From: Squalus acanthias
Lineage: Eukaryota
Direction of reading: 5' to 3'
Length of the DNA stretch: 64,000 nucleotides
Assembly: GCA_030390025.1 (NCBI GenBank)
Contig: CM059433.1
Coordinates: 65,348,001 to 65,412,000, forward strand
The translations under genes and the position numbers were made by a program. The notes below the pieces were generated by a model. That model was given only the letters and a program-made list of their open reading frames with translations. It was not told the origin of the DNA and did not search any database. Positions 63,931 through 64,000 of the stretch are shown in pieces (position 1 is the stretch's first letter; every line of letters begins with the position of its first letter).

Positions 63931-64000
63931 GTTTCTCATGCATTCCTCCCATTGGCTGCTAAGGGCAGTATAGTTTGTTCATTCACCTTCTTGGCCAGGA

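Noticed and set aside
47700-64000. Upstream trim54 exons (RING, B-box, first coiled-coil exon)
   Set aside because: Searched by eye and not found. They probably lie beyond the right edge, though a short exon could have been missed.

Overview
Vertebrate nuclear DNA, very probably from a cartilaginous fish (shark). This is inferred from the urotensin-I sequence and the mix of CR1, L2, Penelope and SINE repeats. Two convergent host genes are visible. (1) On + is a two-exon urotensin I / urocortin-1 gene: CRE and TATA promoter at ~3.65-3.69 kb, non-coding exon 1, an 11.1-kb intron, and a single coding exon (14946-15455) for a 169-aa prepropeptide with a 41-aa amidated peptide. (2) On - is the 3' half of a MuRF-family TRIM E3 ligase gene, best matching trim54: four coding exons at 47.6-34.6 kb, with candidate 3'UTR exons further left. 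The tail-to-tail UCN/TRIM54 arrangement matches tetrapod synteny. The rest is largely transposon-derived: a nearly full-length CR1 LINE with an intact esterase ORF1 and a tandem-monomer 5'UTR, many CR1/L2/RTE fragments, Harbinger-like MITEs, SINEs (one LF-SINE-like), and a rearranged Gypsy LTR element. There are also palindromic Penelope-like insertions carrying minimal hammerhead ribozyme motifs. I cannot support a wholly new biological system. The most interesting leads are the hammerhead-bearing fold-back insertions inside trim54, a convergent non-canonical REST site upstream of uts1, a hairpin and a recursive-splice-like motif in trim54, and inverted duplications in the Gypsy element.
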